Shown here: positions 1-11,377 of the stretch, in pieces
Layout of the letters: the number at the start of each line of letters is the position of its first letter
Position numbering within the stretch: the stretch's first letter is position 1
Source: Pseudomonadota bacterium
GTDB lineage: Bacteria > Pseudomonadota > Gammaproteobacteria > Pseudomonadales > JADFDG01
Direction of reading: 5' to 3'
Length of the DNA: 64,000 nt
NCBI GenBank assembly: GCA_049323295.1
Contig: JBMOON010000040.1
Location: forward strand, 173,188 to 237,187
Made by a program: the position numbers and the translations under genes
Notes under the pieces: model-generated
What the model saw: the letters and a program-made list of their open reading frames with translations, nothing else
Told to the model about the DNA's origin: nothing
The model's database searches: none

Positions 1-55
1 TCCGCAAACCGTGCGCGGCCACGGCTTCGCCTACTACGGCGTCGGCCGACGCTGA
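1..55 (+). CDS. 3' end of an unidentified CDS (partial, runs off the window)
   Basis: Frame 2 is open from the window edge to TGA at 53-55 (..PQTVRGHGFAYYGVGRR*). A hairpin terminator follows. Too short to identify. Confidence 0.25.
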   Translation, partial: PQTVRGHGFAYYGVGRR

Positions 56-78
56 GTCGGCGCGCAGCCGGCAGCAAC

Positions 79-105
79 AAAAAAGGGGCCCGACGGCCCC
101 TTTTC
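79..105. terminator. Bidirectional rho-independent terminator between convergent genes
   Basis: A-run, GGGGCC (85-90), loop CGAC, GGCCCC (95-100), TTTT (101-104). Lies between the upstream + strand CDS end (55) and the tolC stop (119). Confidence 0.6.
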
Positions 106-118
106 CATGCGTCCCCGC

Positions 119-1576
119 TCAGGGTGCGCTGCTGTCTGCCGGCGCTGATGGCGCTGATGGCGCGGAGGCCGGAGCCGGGGCGCCCACCGCGGCATTCGGA
201 TCGACGATCGGCATGCCGTCATCCAGCGATAACGTGACATTCAGCCACTGGTTCTGCGCCACCAGTGCATCGCGCGACAGTGCGCCGGTGGCCTGGTGCA
301 GGCGCAGCAGATCGAGAATGTAGTCGTAACGGGCATTGGCAAGATCGCGGCGGGCGGCGAATGCGTTGCGCTGGGCCTGCAGCACGTCGACGATGTTGCG
401 TGTGCCGACTTCGTAGCCGGCGTTGGTGGCATCCAGGGCGCTCTGGGTGGAAACGATCGCCTGCTTGCGGGCAGCCACGCGCAGGACATCGGCTTCCAGC
501 ACGCGGTATTGCGTGCGCGCACCTTCCACGGCGTTGATCTCCGCAGCCCGCAGGTTCTCCTGTGCGGCGTCGCTTTCCGCGTAGGCCTGCTTGCGCTTCG
601 AGTTGATCGCGCCGCCGGCGAACAGCGGCCATTCCATCTGCAGGCCGATGGTTTCGGTCGTGCTGTCGGCGTTGATGACGGTCGGTGTGTAGCTGACCGG
701 CGAATCGCTTTCGACGATGCGGGCGAAGGCATCGACGGTCGGCAGGTGGCCGGAGCCGGCGGCGCGCGCATTCTGTTTCGAGGCGCGGGCGGCATGACGG
801 GCGGCGATCAGCTGCGCGTTGCCTTCGCGGGCCTTTTCCGCCCAGGCGTCGGCGCCTTCCGGCGGCGGCAGGGCGGTCGGCATGTCTTCGCCCGGGAAGG
901 CCAGCTGGCCGTAGCGCTTGCCGGTGAGGGTTTGCAGGCGCGCACGCGCCACCGACAGGTCGCTCTGGGCGACGATCAGGCCAACCCGCGCGATGTCGTA
1001 GGCGGCCTGCGTTTCATGGACGTCGGTGATGGCGATCAGGCCGACGTTGAAGCGCTGCTTCGCCTGCTCCAGTTGCCGCGCCAGCGCGGCCTCCTCGGCG
1101 CGGGCATAGGCCAGTTGCTCGGAGGCGCGCAGCACGCCGAGATAGGTTTCGGTGACGCGCACCAGATAGGCCTGTTCGGCATTCACCAGTTCGGCATCGA
1201 CCTGCGAGCGCGAGGCGCGCGCAGTCTGGTACTGGAACCAGCGGTCGAAGCGCAGCAACGGTTGTGTGGCCTGGATCGCGAGCCGGGTTTCGTCGTAGTC
1301 GACGGTGCTGCCGTCCGCATCGCGGGAGTTTTCCGTCATTTCGCCACTGGCGACGACGCTGGGCAGCACGCCCGCGCGGCCCTGGGCCAGTACCTGGCGG
1401 CGGGCTTCGTAGGAGGCCCGCTCGGCCTTCCACTGCGGGTCGCTGGCGTCGGCGGCGGCGAGGATGTCGACCAGGTTTTCCGCGCCGGCCGGCATGGCCA
1501 GGCCGAGGAGGCCGGCAACGAGCAGCGGGCGCAGGACCGGTTTTCCGGACGGGAGGAAGCGCAGTGCAGGATTCAT
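119..1576 (-). CDS. tolC: TolC/OpmH-family outer membrane efflux channel
   Basis: ORF 119..1654(-). I chose the Met at 1576, which gives a signal peptide (MNPALRFLPSGKPVLRPLLVAGLLGLAMPAGA). TolC-like repeats are present (NLVDILAAADASDPQWKAERASYEARRQ; NAGYEVGTRNIVDVLQAQRN). Same neighbourhood as tolC/opmH in E. coli and Pseudomonas. Ala/Pro/Ser-rich C-terminal tail. Confidence 0.85.
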   Translation of the reverse strand: MNPALRFLPSGKPVLRPLLVAGLLGLAMPAGAENLVDILAAADASDPQWKAERASYEARRQVLAQGRAGVLPSVVASGEMTENSRDADGSTVDYDETRLAIQATQPLLRFDRWFQYQTARASRSQVDAELVNAEQAYLVRVTETYLGVLRASEQLAYARAEEAALARQLEQAKQRFNVGLIAITDVHETQAAYDIARVGLIVAQSDLSVARARLQTLTGKRYGQLAFPGEDMPTALPPPEGADAWAEKAREGNAQLIAARHAARASKQNARAAGSGHLPTVDAFARIVESDSPVSYTPTVINADSTTETIGLQMEWPLFAGGAINSKRKQAYAESDAAQENLRAAEINAVEGARTQYRVLEADVLRVAARKQAIVSTQSALDATNAGYEVGTRNIVDVLQAQRNAFAARRDLANARYDYILDLLRLHQATGALSRDALVAQNQWLNVTLSLDDGMPIVDPNAAVGAPAPASAPSAPSAPADSSAP

Positions 1577-1698
1577 GGACACCCCTTCGGCAGATCGGCG
1601 GCCATCATGTGGCAATTCCCGGGCCGTCTCAACGGGACAGGCGTGCGGCGGCAAAACACGGCGGCCGACACGTAATTGGGCAGTCTCCCGCCGTAAAA

Positions 1699-3676
<1,978 letters not shown>

Positions 3677-3678
3677 TC

Positions 3679-4314
3679 ATGATCGAGCAGCCGTTCGGCC
3701 GGGCGGATGTCGAGCTGCTGGAGCGCGTGCCCCTGTACCGCGGCTTCTATCGCCTGGAACGTTATCGCGTGCGGCACCGTCTGTTCGCCGGCGGCTGGAG
3801 CGAGGCCTACGATCGGGAAGTGTTCGTCCGCCACGAGGCGGCGGTGGTGCTGCTGTTCGATCCGCAGCGCGACGTGGTGGTGATGATCGAACAGTTCCGT
3901 GCTCCGGCGATCGGCAAGGCCGATACGCCCTGGATGCTCGAACTGGTGGCCGGCCTGATCGACAAGGACCACGAGTCGCCCGACGAGGTGGCGCGCCGCG
4001 AGGCGGTGGAAGAAGCGGGTTGCGAAGTGCTGTCGCTGGTGCCGATCGTCCGCTACATGCCCAGCCCCGGCGGCTCGGACGAAATCGTGCACTTGTATCT
4101 CGGTCTCGTGGACAGCGAGGGCGTCGGCGGCGTGCATGGTCTGGAAGACGAGCATGAAGACATCCGGGCTCACCGCGTGCCGCTGGCGACAGTGCGAACA
4201 CTGCTCGACACCGGGAGCATCAACAATGCGGCGACGATCATCGCGCTGCAGTGGTTGCTGCTGAACCGCGCCCGCATTCCGGCGTTGACCGCCGCTGCGG
4301 AGGCCGGGCCATGA
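3679..4314 (+). CDS. nudF: ADP-ribose pyrophosphatase (Nudix hydrolase NudF/AspP)
   Basis: The internal Met (MIEQPFGRADVELLE) of ORF 3250..4314 sits right after the thiC stop. Nudix box ELVAGLIDKDHESPDEVARREAVEEAGC. Conserved position before DUF1249-cpdA. Confidence 0.85.
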   Translation: MIEQPFGRADVELLERVPLYRGFYRLERYRVRHRLFAGGWSEAYDREVFVRHEAAVVLLFDPQRDVVVMIEQFRAPAIGKADTPWMLELVAGLIDKDHESPDEVARREAVEEAGCEVLSLVPIVRYMPSPGGSDEIVHLYLGLVDSEGVGGVHGLEDEHEDIRAHRVPLATVRTLLDTGSINNAATIIALQWLLLNRARIPALTAAAEAGP

Positions 4315-4787
4315 AACACCGCATCGTGCTCAGGGTGGTGCCGCAGTCCGACTCGCCGCGGGCCGCCGTGCTGCGCGACCTGCTGGCCCAGGCCGAAACC
4401 AACTATGTCCTGCTGATGCGCCTGATGCCCGACATGCGCAGGAGCGACCGGCATGCCTTCGGCGTCACCGGCCCGTCCGGCCTGCATGCCGACGTGGTGC
4501 TGACGGTGCGCGAGCGCGGGCCGTTCACCACCCTGATCGATCTGGTCGAGACCCACGCCACCGACGGCTGGGTGGCGCCGCTGCAGGCCACCGTCCGCCT
4601 CAGCCACGATGCCCGGGTGGCCGAGGTCACCGAGTTCCGCCGCCGGCGCCGGCTGCAGGCCCGTTACCCCTATCCGAACCCGGACATGCTGCATCCGGAC
4701 GAGAAACTGCAGATCAACCGTCTGCTGGGCGAGTGGCTCCAGCACTGCCTGCGCTGGGGGGAAGCCCGTCCGTCCTGCCCGGTGTAA
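4311..4787 (+). CDS. DUF1249 (YqiB-like) protein
   Basis: The start MKHRIVL overlaps the nudF stop (ATGA). Occupies the position of E. coli yqiB between nudF and cpdA. Size about 158 aa. Confidence 0.7.
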   Translation: MKHRIVLRVVPQSDSPRAAVLRDLLAQAETNYVLLMRLMPDMRRSDRHAFGVTGPSGLHADVVLTVRERGPFTTLIDLVETHATDGWVAPLQATVRLSHDARVAEVTEFRRRRRLQARYPYPNPDMLHPDEKLQINRLLGEWLQHCLRWGEARPSCPV

Positions 4788-4908
4788 CGAGTGTCGGCCG
4801 ATGGCGGTACGGTTTCACACGGCACATCAGCAAAGTGACCTATCTACTGGAAAAGACTCAGGGTATTCGGTTATAAGATCGACGAGTTGCATCTAGGGAA
4901 CCCCCACC

Positions 4909-5718
4909 TTGGCACGTGACCCAGGCCGGCCCCTGCGGGTCGTCCAGTTCTCCGACTGTCACTTGTTCGCGAGCACGGACGGCAAGCTGCTGGGCCTCAA
5001 CACGGAAGACAGCCTGAACCGGGTACTGGATCTGATTGCCAAAGAACAGAAGGCAATGGATCTGCTGCTCGCCACCGGCGACCTGTCGCAGGATGCATCT
5101 CCTGCGGCTTATGCGCGTTTGCTGCACAAGCTCGAGCGCTTCGGCAAGGTTCCCTGCTACTGGCTCGAAGGCAACCACGACGTCACCGAACCGATGCGCG
5201 ACGCGCTGCCCGATCCGGACAAGCTGTCGCCCTGTCTGGTGCGACTGCCGGGCTGGGACATCGTGATGCTCGACTCCACCATCCCGCACGAAGTGCCCGG
5301 TTTTCTGCACGACGACGACATCGAATTCCTCGAAGCCTCGCTCAAGGCCGCGGGCAACCGCCACGTCCTGGTCTGTCTGCACCACCAGCCGGTCCCGATG
5401 GGCTGCAAGTGGCTGGATACGCAGATCGTCGGCGACGCTGATCGTTTCTTCGAAGTCATCGACCGCTATTCGAACGTGCGCGCGGTGATCTGGGGCCACG
5501 TGCACCAGGAGTTCGATGGCGAACGCAAGGGCGTGAAGCTGTGGTCGGTGCCGTCCACCTGCGTGCAGTTCAAGCCGCATTCGGAAGATTTCGCGGTCGA
5601 CGACGCGGCACCCGGCTACCGCTGGCTCGACCTGCACGCCGACGGTCACATCACCACCGGCGTTTCGCGCGTGCAGGGCATCAAGTTCGAGGTCGACTTC
5701 TCGGTGAAGGGTTACTGA
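4909..5718 (+). CDS. cpdA: 3',5'-cyclic-AMP phosphodiesterase CpdA (Icc)
   Basis: Metallophosphoesterase motifs are present (VVQFSDCHL, ATGDLSQD, GNHD, LHHQP, GHVH). TTG start at 4909, with no in-frame ATG upstream of the first motif. Confidence 0.85.
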   Translation: MARDPGRPLRVVQFSDCHLFASTDGKLLGLNTEDSLNRVLDLIAKEQKAMDLLLATGDLSQDASPAAYARLLHKLERFGKVPCYWLEGNHDVTEPMRDALPDPDKLSPCLVRLPGWDIVMLDSTIPHEVPGFLHDDDIEFLEASLKAAGNRHVLVCLHHQPVPMGCKWLDTQIVGDADRFFEVIDRYSNVRAVIWGHVHQEFDGERKGVKLWSVPSTCVQFKPHSEDFAVDDAAPGYRWLDLHADGHITTGVSRVQGIKFEVDFSVKGY

Positions 5719-5722
5719 CCCC

Positions 5723-6325
5723 TTGTCCGTCGGCCGCAACGCCCTCGTCTACATCCACGGATTCCAGAGTTCGCCGCAGTCGGCCAAGGCCCGGCAGCTC
5801 GGCGCCGACCTGGCTCGCCGTCATGCGGCCGTCCGCTATGTAGTGCCGCCGCTCGGCTTCGCGCCGGCCGCCGCGCTGGCCACCCTGGAGGAAGCACTGG
5901 CCGCACTGCGGGCCGACGGCCTGCAACCGGTGCTGGTCGGCAGCTCCATGGGCGGCTTCTACGCCACCGTGCTCGCCGTCCGGCACGGATTGCGGGCGGT
6001 GCTGGTGAACCCGGCCGTACGCCCGCACGAGCTGATGCAGGACTTCCTCGGGCCGGTCACCAATCCCTACAGCGGCGAGCACCATGTGCTCGGGGCGGAC
6101 GACGTCGCCGCCTTCCGCGCACTGGCGCCGGCCGCCCTGCCGCGGCCGCAGGACTTTCTCGTCCTGCTGCAGACGGGCGATGAGACCCTCGACTGGCGTG
6201 CGGCCGCCGACTATTACCGCGACTGTTCGGTTTTGAAGCAGGTCGGGGGCAGCCACGGCTTCGAAAACTTTGAAGATATGTTCCCGCTCATCTATCGTTT
6301 CGCGGGTCTGAACCCGTTGCCTTGA
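5723..6325 (+). CDS. yqiA: YqiA-family esterase (UPF0227 alpha/beta hydrolase)
   Basis: VYIHGFQSSPQS and the GSSMGG nucleophile elbow. Conserved position between cpdA and parE. Non-ATG (TTG) start. Confidence 0.75.
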   Translation: MSVGRNALVYIHGFQSSPQSAKARQLGADLARRHAAVRYVVPPLGFAPAAALATLEEALAALRADGLQPVLVGSSMGGFYATVLAVRHGLRAVLVNPAVRPHELMQDFLGPVTNPYSGEHHVLGADDVAAFRALAPAALPRPQDFLVLLQTGDETLDWRAAADYYRDCSVLKQVGGSHGFENFEDMFPLIYRFAGLNPLP

Positions 6326-6394
6326 CCGGCGGGCCACGGTCCTCCGTGGCGTCGGGGCCCGCACCGACCTGTTACGGCGACTGAGTGTCTCGTC

Positions 6395-6419
6395 GGTCAG
6401 AGCGCCAGGCGCTCTGACC
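6395..6419. repeat. Perfect 12-bp-arm palindrome in the yqiA-parE intergenic region
   Basis: GGTCAGAGCGCC a GGCGCTCTGACC, read directly. No T-run follows. Function unknown (possibly a REP-like element, an RNA hairpin or an operator). Confidence 0.5.
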
Positions 6420-6499
6420 TTCCCTCGACACAGGTCGCCTCCGCAGATCGCCGCGAACCCCGACGCCATCAGAGGCCGTATCGCGTTTCCAGGAACCCC

Positions 6500-8398
6500 A
6501 TGGCCAATCAGTACAACGCCGAATCCATTGAAGTCCTCTCCGGCCTCGATCCCGTGCGCCGCCGGCCGGGGATGTATACCGATACCACGCGTCCCAACCA
6601 CCTCGCGCAGGAAGTCATCGACAACTCGGTGGACGAGGCGCTCGCCGGCCACGCGAAGAATGTCGAGGTGATCCTGCACGCCGACGGCTATGTCGAGGTG
6701 ATCGACGACGGCCGCGGCATGCCGGTGGACATCCACCCGGAGGAGAAGGTCAGCGGCGTCGAGCTGATCCTCACCAAGCTCCATGCGGGCGGCAAGTTTT
6801 CCGGCAAGAACTACCAGTTCAGCGGCGGTCTGCACGGCGTGGGCGTGTCGGTAGTGAACGCGCTGTCGAAGCACGTGATCGTTACCGTGAAGCGCGGCGG
6901 CAACGTCTACCAGATGGAATTCCGCAACGGCGACAAGTCCAGCGAACTGAAAACCATCGGCACCGCCGGCAAGCGCGAGACGGGCACCTCGGTACGTTTC
7001 ATTCCGGACGCGAAGTATTTCGATTCGCCGAACATTTCCGTGCCGCGGCTGAAGCATGTATTGAAGGCCAAGGCCGTGCTGTGCCCGGGCCTGCGCGTGG
7101 TGCTGAAAAACGTCGCGGCGAACGAGACGGACGAGTGGCACTACGAAGACGGTCTGCGCGATTACCTGATGGAAACCACGCGTGGCGAAGCACTGCTGCC
7201 GCCGGAACCCTTTATCGGTTCCTTTGCGGCCGAGGCGGAGGCCGTGGACTGGGCGGTGATCTGGCTGCCGGAAGGCGGCGAGGTGATCGGCGAAAGCTAC
7301 GTCAACCTGATTCCTACCGCCCAGGGCGGCACGCACACCAACGGTCTGCGCACCGGTTTGCTGGAAGCCATCCGCGAGTTCTGCGAATTCCGCAACTTGC
7401 TGCCGCGCGGCGTCAAGCTGGCGCCGGAAGACATCTGGGACCGCTGTGCACACGTGCTGTCGCTGAAGATGCAGGACCCGCAGTTCGCCGGGCAGACGAA
7501 AGAGCGTCTGTCCTCGCGGCAGGCGGCGGCCTTCGTCACCGGCGTGGTGAAGGACGCGTTCTCGCTGTGGCTGAACCAGCACACGGACGACGCCGAGAAG
7601 ATCGCCGAGATGGCGATCGCCAACGCCGGCTCCCGTTTGCGCGCGGCGAAGAAGGTCGAGCGCAAGAAAATCACGCAGGGTCCGGCGCTGCCGGGGAAGC
7701 TGGCCGACTGCGTCGGCCAGGATCTCGCGCGCACCGAACTGTTCCTGGTGGAAGGCGATTCCGCCGGCGGTTCCGCCAAGCAGGCGCGCGACCGCGAATT
7801 CCAGGCGATCATGCCGCTGCGCGGCAAGATCCTGAATACCTGGGAAGTCGACGGCAATGAAGTGCTCGGCTCGCAGGAAGTGCACGATATCGCGGTGGCC
7901 ATCGGCCTCGAGCCGGGTTCGCCGGATCTGTCCGGTCTTCGCTACGGCAAGATCTGCATCCTTGCCGACGCCGATTCCGACGGGCACCACATCGCCACGC
8001 TGCTGTGCGCACTGTTCCTGAAGCATTTCCGCGCACTGGTGGAGGCCGGCCACGTGTTCGTCGCCATGCCGCCGCTGTTCCGCATCGACGCCGGGCAGGA
8101 CGTCTACTACGCGCTGGACGAAGACGAGAAGAAGGGCATCCTCGACCGCATCGCCGCCGAGAAGAAACGCGCCAGACCCAGCGTCATGCGCTTCAAGGGT
8201 CTGGGCGAGATGAACCCGATGCAGCTGCGCGAAACGACCATGGCGCCCGACACGCGGCGCCTCGTCCGTCTGAGCGTGAATGAAGGCGGTGACGCCGAGA
8301 CCGACGCGATCATGGACATGATGCTGTCGAAGAAACGCGCCAACGACCGCAAGGACTGGCTCGAGACCAAGGGCAACCTGGCTGAAGTGGACGCCTGA
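6500..8398 (+). CDS. parE: DNA topoisomerase IV subunit B
   Basis: GHKL ATPase and Toprim motifs are present ([44 protein letters not shown]). Followed by parC. Confidence 0.97.
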   Translation: MANQYNAESIEVLSGLDPVRRRPGMYTDTTRPNHLAQEVIDNSVDEALAGHAKNVEVILHADGYVEVIDDGRGMPVDIHPEEKVSGVELILTKLHAGGKFSGKNYQFSGGLHGVGVSVVNALSKHVIVTVKRGGNVYQMEFRNGDKSSELKTIGTAGKRETGTSVRFIPDAKYFDSPNISVPRLKHVLKAKAVLCPGLRVVLKNVAANETDEWHYEDGLRDYLMETTRGEALLPPEPFIGSFAAEAEAVDWAVIWLPEGGEVIGESYVNLIPTAQGGTHTNGLRTGLLEAIREFCEFRNLLPRGVKLAPEDIWDRCAHVLSLKMQDPQFAGQTKERLSSRQAAAFVTGVVKDAFSLWLNQHTDDAEKIAEMAIANAGSRLRAAKKVERKKITQGPALPGKLADCVGQDLARTELFLVEGDSAGGSAKQARDREFQAIMPLRGKILNTWEVDGNEVLGSQEVHDIAVAIGLEPGSPDLSGLRYGKICILADADSDGHHIATLLCALFLKHFRALVEAGHVFVAMPPLFRIDAGQDVYYALDEDEKKGILDRIAAEKKRARPSVMRFKGLGEMNPMQLRETTMAPDTRRLVRLSVNEGGDAETDAIMDMMLSKKRANDRKDWLETKGNLAEVDA

Positions 8399-8403
8399 CG
8401 CAC

Positions 8404-10638
8404 ATGACGACCGAAAACCTCGAAACACTCCCGCTGCGCGCCTATACCGAGAAGGCGTACCTCGATTATTCGATGTACGTGATCCTCGACCGCGCGCTGC
8501 CGCACATCGGCGACGGCCTGAAGCCCGTGCAGCGCCGCATCGTCTACGCGATGAGCGAGCTGGGCCTGAATGCCACGTCCAAGCACAAAAAATCCGCGCG
8601 CACCGTCGGCGACGTGCTCGGCAAATTCCATCCGCACGGGGATTCCGCCTGTTACGAAGCGATGGTGCTGATGGCGCAGCCGTTCAGTTACCGCTATCCG
8701 CTGGTCGACGGGCAGGGCAACTGGGGCTCGCCGGACGATCCGAAATCGTTCGCCGCGATGCGTTACACGGAATCGCGCCTGGCGCGTTATTCGGAAGTGC
8801 TGCTGTCCGAACTCGGCCAGGGCACGGTGACCTGGCAGCCGAACTTCGACGGCACGCTGGAAGAACCGAAGATCCTGCCGGCGCGTCTGCCGAACGTGCT
8901 GCTCAACGGCACCACCGGCATCGCGGTGGGCATGAGCACGGACATCCTGCCGCACAACCTGCGCGAAGTGGCCGCGGCCTGCATCCAGCTGATCAAGGAC
9001 CCGGGCTGCTCGGTCGACGACCTGATGCAGCACATCCAGGGCCCGGATTTCCCGACCGAGGCGGAAATCGTTTCCTCGAAGAGCGAGATCGCGCAGATCT
9101 ACATCACCGGCAAGGGCACGATCCGGGCGCGCGCGGTGTACGCGATCGAGGACGGTGACATCGTCGTCACCGGGCTGCCGTACCAGGTGTCCGGCGCCAA
9201 GGTGCTGGAGCAGATCGCGCAGCAGATGCAGAACAAGAAGCTGCCGATGGTGGCCGACCTGCGCGACGAGTCCGACCACGAGAACCCGACGCGCCTCGTC
9301 ATTGTGCCGCGCAGCAACCGCGTGGACGTCGAACCGCTGATGAATCACCTGTTTGCGACGACCGATCTCGAACGCACCTATCGCGTCAACATGAACGTGA
9401 TCGGGCTGGACGGCAAACCGCGCGTGATGGGCCTGGTCGACATGCTGTCGGACTGGATCCAGTTCCGCATGGTGACGGTGCGCAAGCGCCTGCAATACCG
9501 GCTCGACAAGGTCGAGGACCGGCTGCACATCCTCGAGGGCTATCTCGCCGCGTTCCTCAACATCGACGAGGTGATCCACATCATCCGGACCGCCGACGAG
9601 CCGAAATTCACGCTGATGGAGCGTTTCGGGCTCACCGAGCGACAGGCGGAAGCGATCCTTGAACTGAAGCTGCGCCAGATTGCGAAGCTCGAAGAGATCA
9701 AGATCCGCGGCGAGCAGGACGAGCTGGCTGCCGAGCGCAAGGGCCTGCAGGAAACGCTGGGGTCGATGAACCTGCTGAAGAAGCTGGTGATGACCGAGCT
9801 CAAGGACGATGCGAAAAAATACGGCGACGACCGCCGTACGCCGATCGTCGAGCGCGGCGAAGCGAAGGCGATGGACGAGTCGGAGCTGACGCCTAGCGAG
9901 GCCGTCACCGTCGTACTCTCCGAGAAAGGTTGGGTACGCGCGGCGAAAGGTCACGACGTCGACGCGGCCGCGCTCTCCTACAAGGCGGGCGACCAGTACT
10001 TCGCGAAAGCGCTGGGCCGCAGCAACCAGAACGCGTATTTCCTCGACAGCACCGGCCGCAGCTATTCGCTGCTGGCCAGCACGCTGCCGAGTGCGCGCGG
10101 TCAGGGCGAGCCGCTGAGCGGCCGCCTCGATCCGCCGTCGGGCGCGCAGTTCGTCGGCGTGGTGATGGGCGAGGACCGTCAGCGTGTATTGCTCGCATCC
10201 GATGCCGGTTACGGTTTCGTCGCGCCGCTGTCGGAAATGGCCAGCGGCAAGAAAGCCGGCAAGACGTTGCTGAACTGCCCGGAAAATTCGCTCGCGCTGG
10301 CGCCGGTCATCGTGCGCGAATTCGACAACGACCTGCTGGTTGCCGTTTCCAGCGAAGGCAAGCTGCTGGTGTTCCCGGTGAAGGAGCTGCCGGAGATGAA
10401 CAAGGGCAAGGGCAACAAGATCATCGACATCCCGTCCAAGGCGTCCGCTGCGCGCGAGGAATTGATGATTTCCGTGGTGGTGGCCTCGAAGGGCGACACG
10501 GTGATCGTGGAAAGCGGCAAGCGCTACCTGAAACTCAAGGGCAGCGATCTGGAGCACTACCGCAGCGAACGCGGGCGACGGGGCAGTCTGCTGCCCAAGG
10601 GCTTCCAGAAAGTCGAGAAGCTCGTCGTCGAGCGCTGA
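8404..10638 (+). CDS. parC: DNA topoisomerase IV subunit A
   Basis: [28 protein letters not shown] and the AAMRYTE active-site Tyr region. 744 aa. Confidence 0.97.
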   Translation: MTTENLETLPLRAYTEKAYLDYSMYVILDRALPHIGDGLKPVQRRIVYAMSELGLNATSKHKKSARTVGDVLGKFHPHGDSACYEAMVLMAQPFSYRYPLVDGQGNWGSPDDPKSFAAMRYTESRLARYSEVLLSELGQGTVTWQPNFDGTLEEPKILPARLPNVLLNGTTGIAVGMSTDILPHNLREVAAACIQLIKDPGCSVDDLMQHIQGPDFPTEAEIVSSKSEIAQIYITGKGTIRARAVYAIEDGDIVVTGLPYQVSGAKVLEQIAQQMQNKKLPMVADLRDESDHENPTRLVIVPRSNRVDVEPLMNHLFATTDLERTYRVNMNVIGLDGKPRVMGLVDMLSDWIQFRMVTVRKRLQYRLDKVEDRLHILEGYLAAFLNIDEVIHIIRTADEPKFTLMERFGLTERQAEAILELKLRQIAKLEEIKIRGEQDELAAERKGLQETLGSMNLLKKLVMTELKDDAKKYGDDRRTPIVERGEAKAMDESELTPSEAVTVVLSEKGWVRAAKGHDVDAAALSYKAGDQYFAKALGRSNQNAYFLDSTGRSYSLLASTLPSARGQGEPLSGRLDPPSGAQFVGVVMGEDRQRVLLASDAGYGFVAPLSEMASGKKAGKTLLNCPENSLALAPVIVREFDNDLLVAVSSEGKLLVFPVKELPEMNKGKGNKIIDIPSKASAAREELMISVVVASKGDTVIVESGKRYLKLKGSDLEHYRSERGRRGSLLPKGFQKVEKLVVER

Positions 10639-10642
10639 GCGC

Positions 10643-11377
10643 ATGAATCCCCAGCGGCGGCGGCCGGGATTGTCCGATGTCCTCCGCACGCTGCTGGCGA
10701 TTGCGGTCATTTTCCCGCCGTTGCTGACGGGTCTCGTGGTGCTGGTCGTCACCCGCGATCGGCGGCGGGCCATCAACCACACGTTGGCGTGCTGGGGAAA
10801 GATCGGCCCGCCTTCGGCGGGCATGCGGCTGGACGTGCACGGCGGCGAACACCTTGCAGCGGCGCGGCCGGCGGTCTTCCTCATCAATCACCGCAGCGGC
10901 ATCGATCCGTTGATTGTGGTTGCGCTGCTGCGCCGCGATTTCGTTGCCGTCGCCAAGCAGGAAATCCGCAACAATCCGGTATTCGGTCCGGCCTTTGCCT
11001 TTGCCGGCGTGGTGTTCGTCGACCGGACGAATCCGGCGCCGGATGCGCTGGTGCCGGCGGTATCGGCGTTGCGCGCCGGCCTGTCGATCGCCATTGCGCC
11101 GGAAGGCACGCGCGGCTCGCGCGATGCCGTGCTCGGACAATTCCGTTCGGGTGCGTTCCGGATCGCCATGGCGGCCCGGGTGCCGGTGGTTCCGATCGTC
11201 ATCCACAATTCCGACGCCGTGTTGCCGCGGCGCGCGCTGGTGATGACCCCGGCCGTGGTGCGGATCGATGTCCTGCCGCCGGTATCGACACGGGAGTGGG
11301 AAGCCGACCGCCTCGATGAATGCATCGACGAAGTGCGCAACCGGTTCCGGCGCACGCTGGAAGCCGGTGCCGCCTAG
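10643..11377 (+). CDS. Lysophospholipid (1-acyl-sn-glycerol-3-phosphate) acyltransferase, PlsC-like
   Basis: HX4D motif (NHRSGIDP) and PEGTRG motif. 244 aa. Sits next to parC, as plsC does in E. coli. Confidence 0.8.
   Translation: MNPQRRRPGLSDVLRTLLAIAVIFPPLLTGLVVLVVTRDRRRAINHTLACWGKIGPPSAGMRLDVHGGEHLAAARPAVFLINHRSGIDPLIVVALLRRDFVAVAKQEIRNNPVFGPAFAFAGVVFVDRTNPAPDALVPAVSALRAGLSIAIAPEGTRGSRDAVLGQFRSGAFRIAMAARVPVVPIVIHNSDAVLPRRALVMTPAVVRIDVLPPVSTREWEADRLDECIDEVRNRFRRTLEAGAA

Noticed and set aside
5681-8428. A 915-aa ORF on the minus strand, antisense to yqiA and parE. Similar giants occur at 8107-10887(-), 10535-12925(-), 28107-30398(-), 41242-44190(-), 46636-48912(-) and 22077-23537(+).
   Set aside because: All lie exactly opposite genes with unmistakable homology (parE, parC, amiB/mutL, rnr, dnaB and others). 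Their translations are Arg/Ala/Gly/Pro/His-rich with no motifs. Stop codons are simply rare in the antisense frames of very GC-rich coding DNA.
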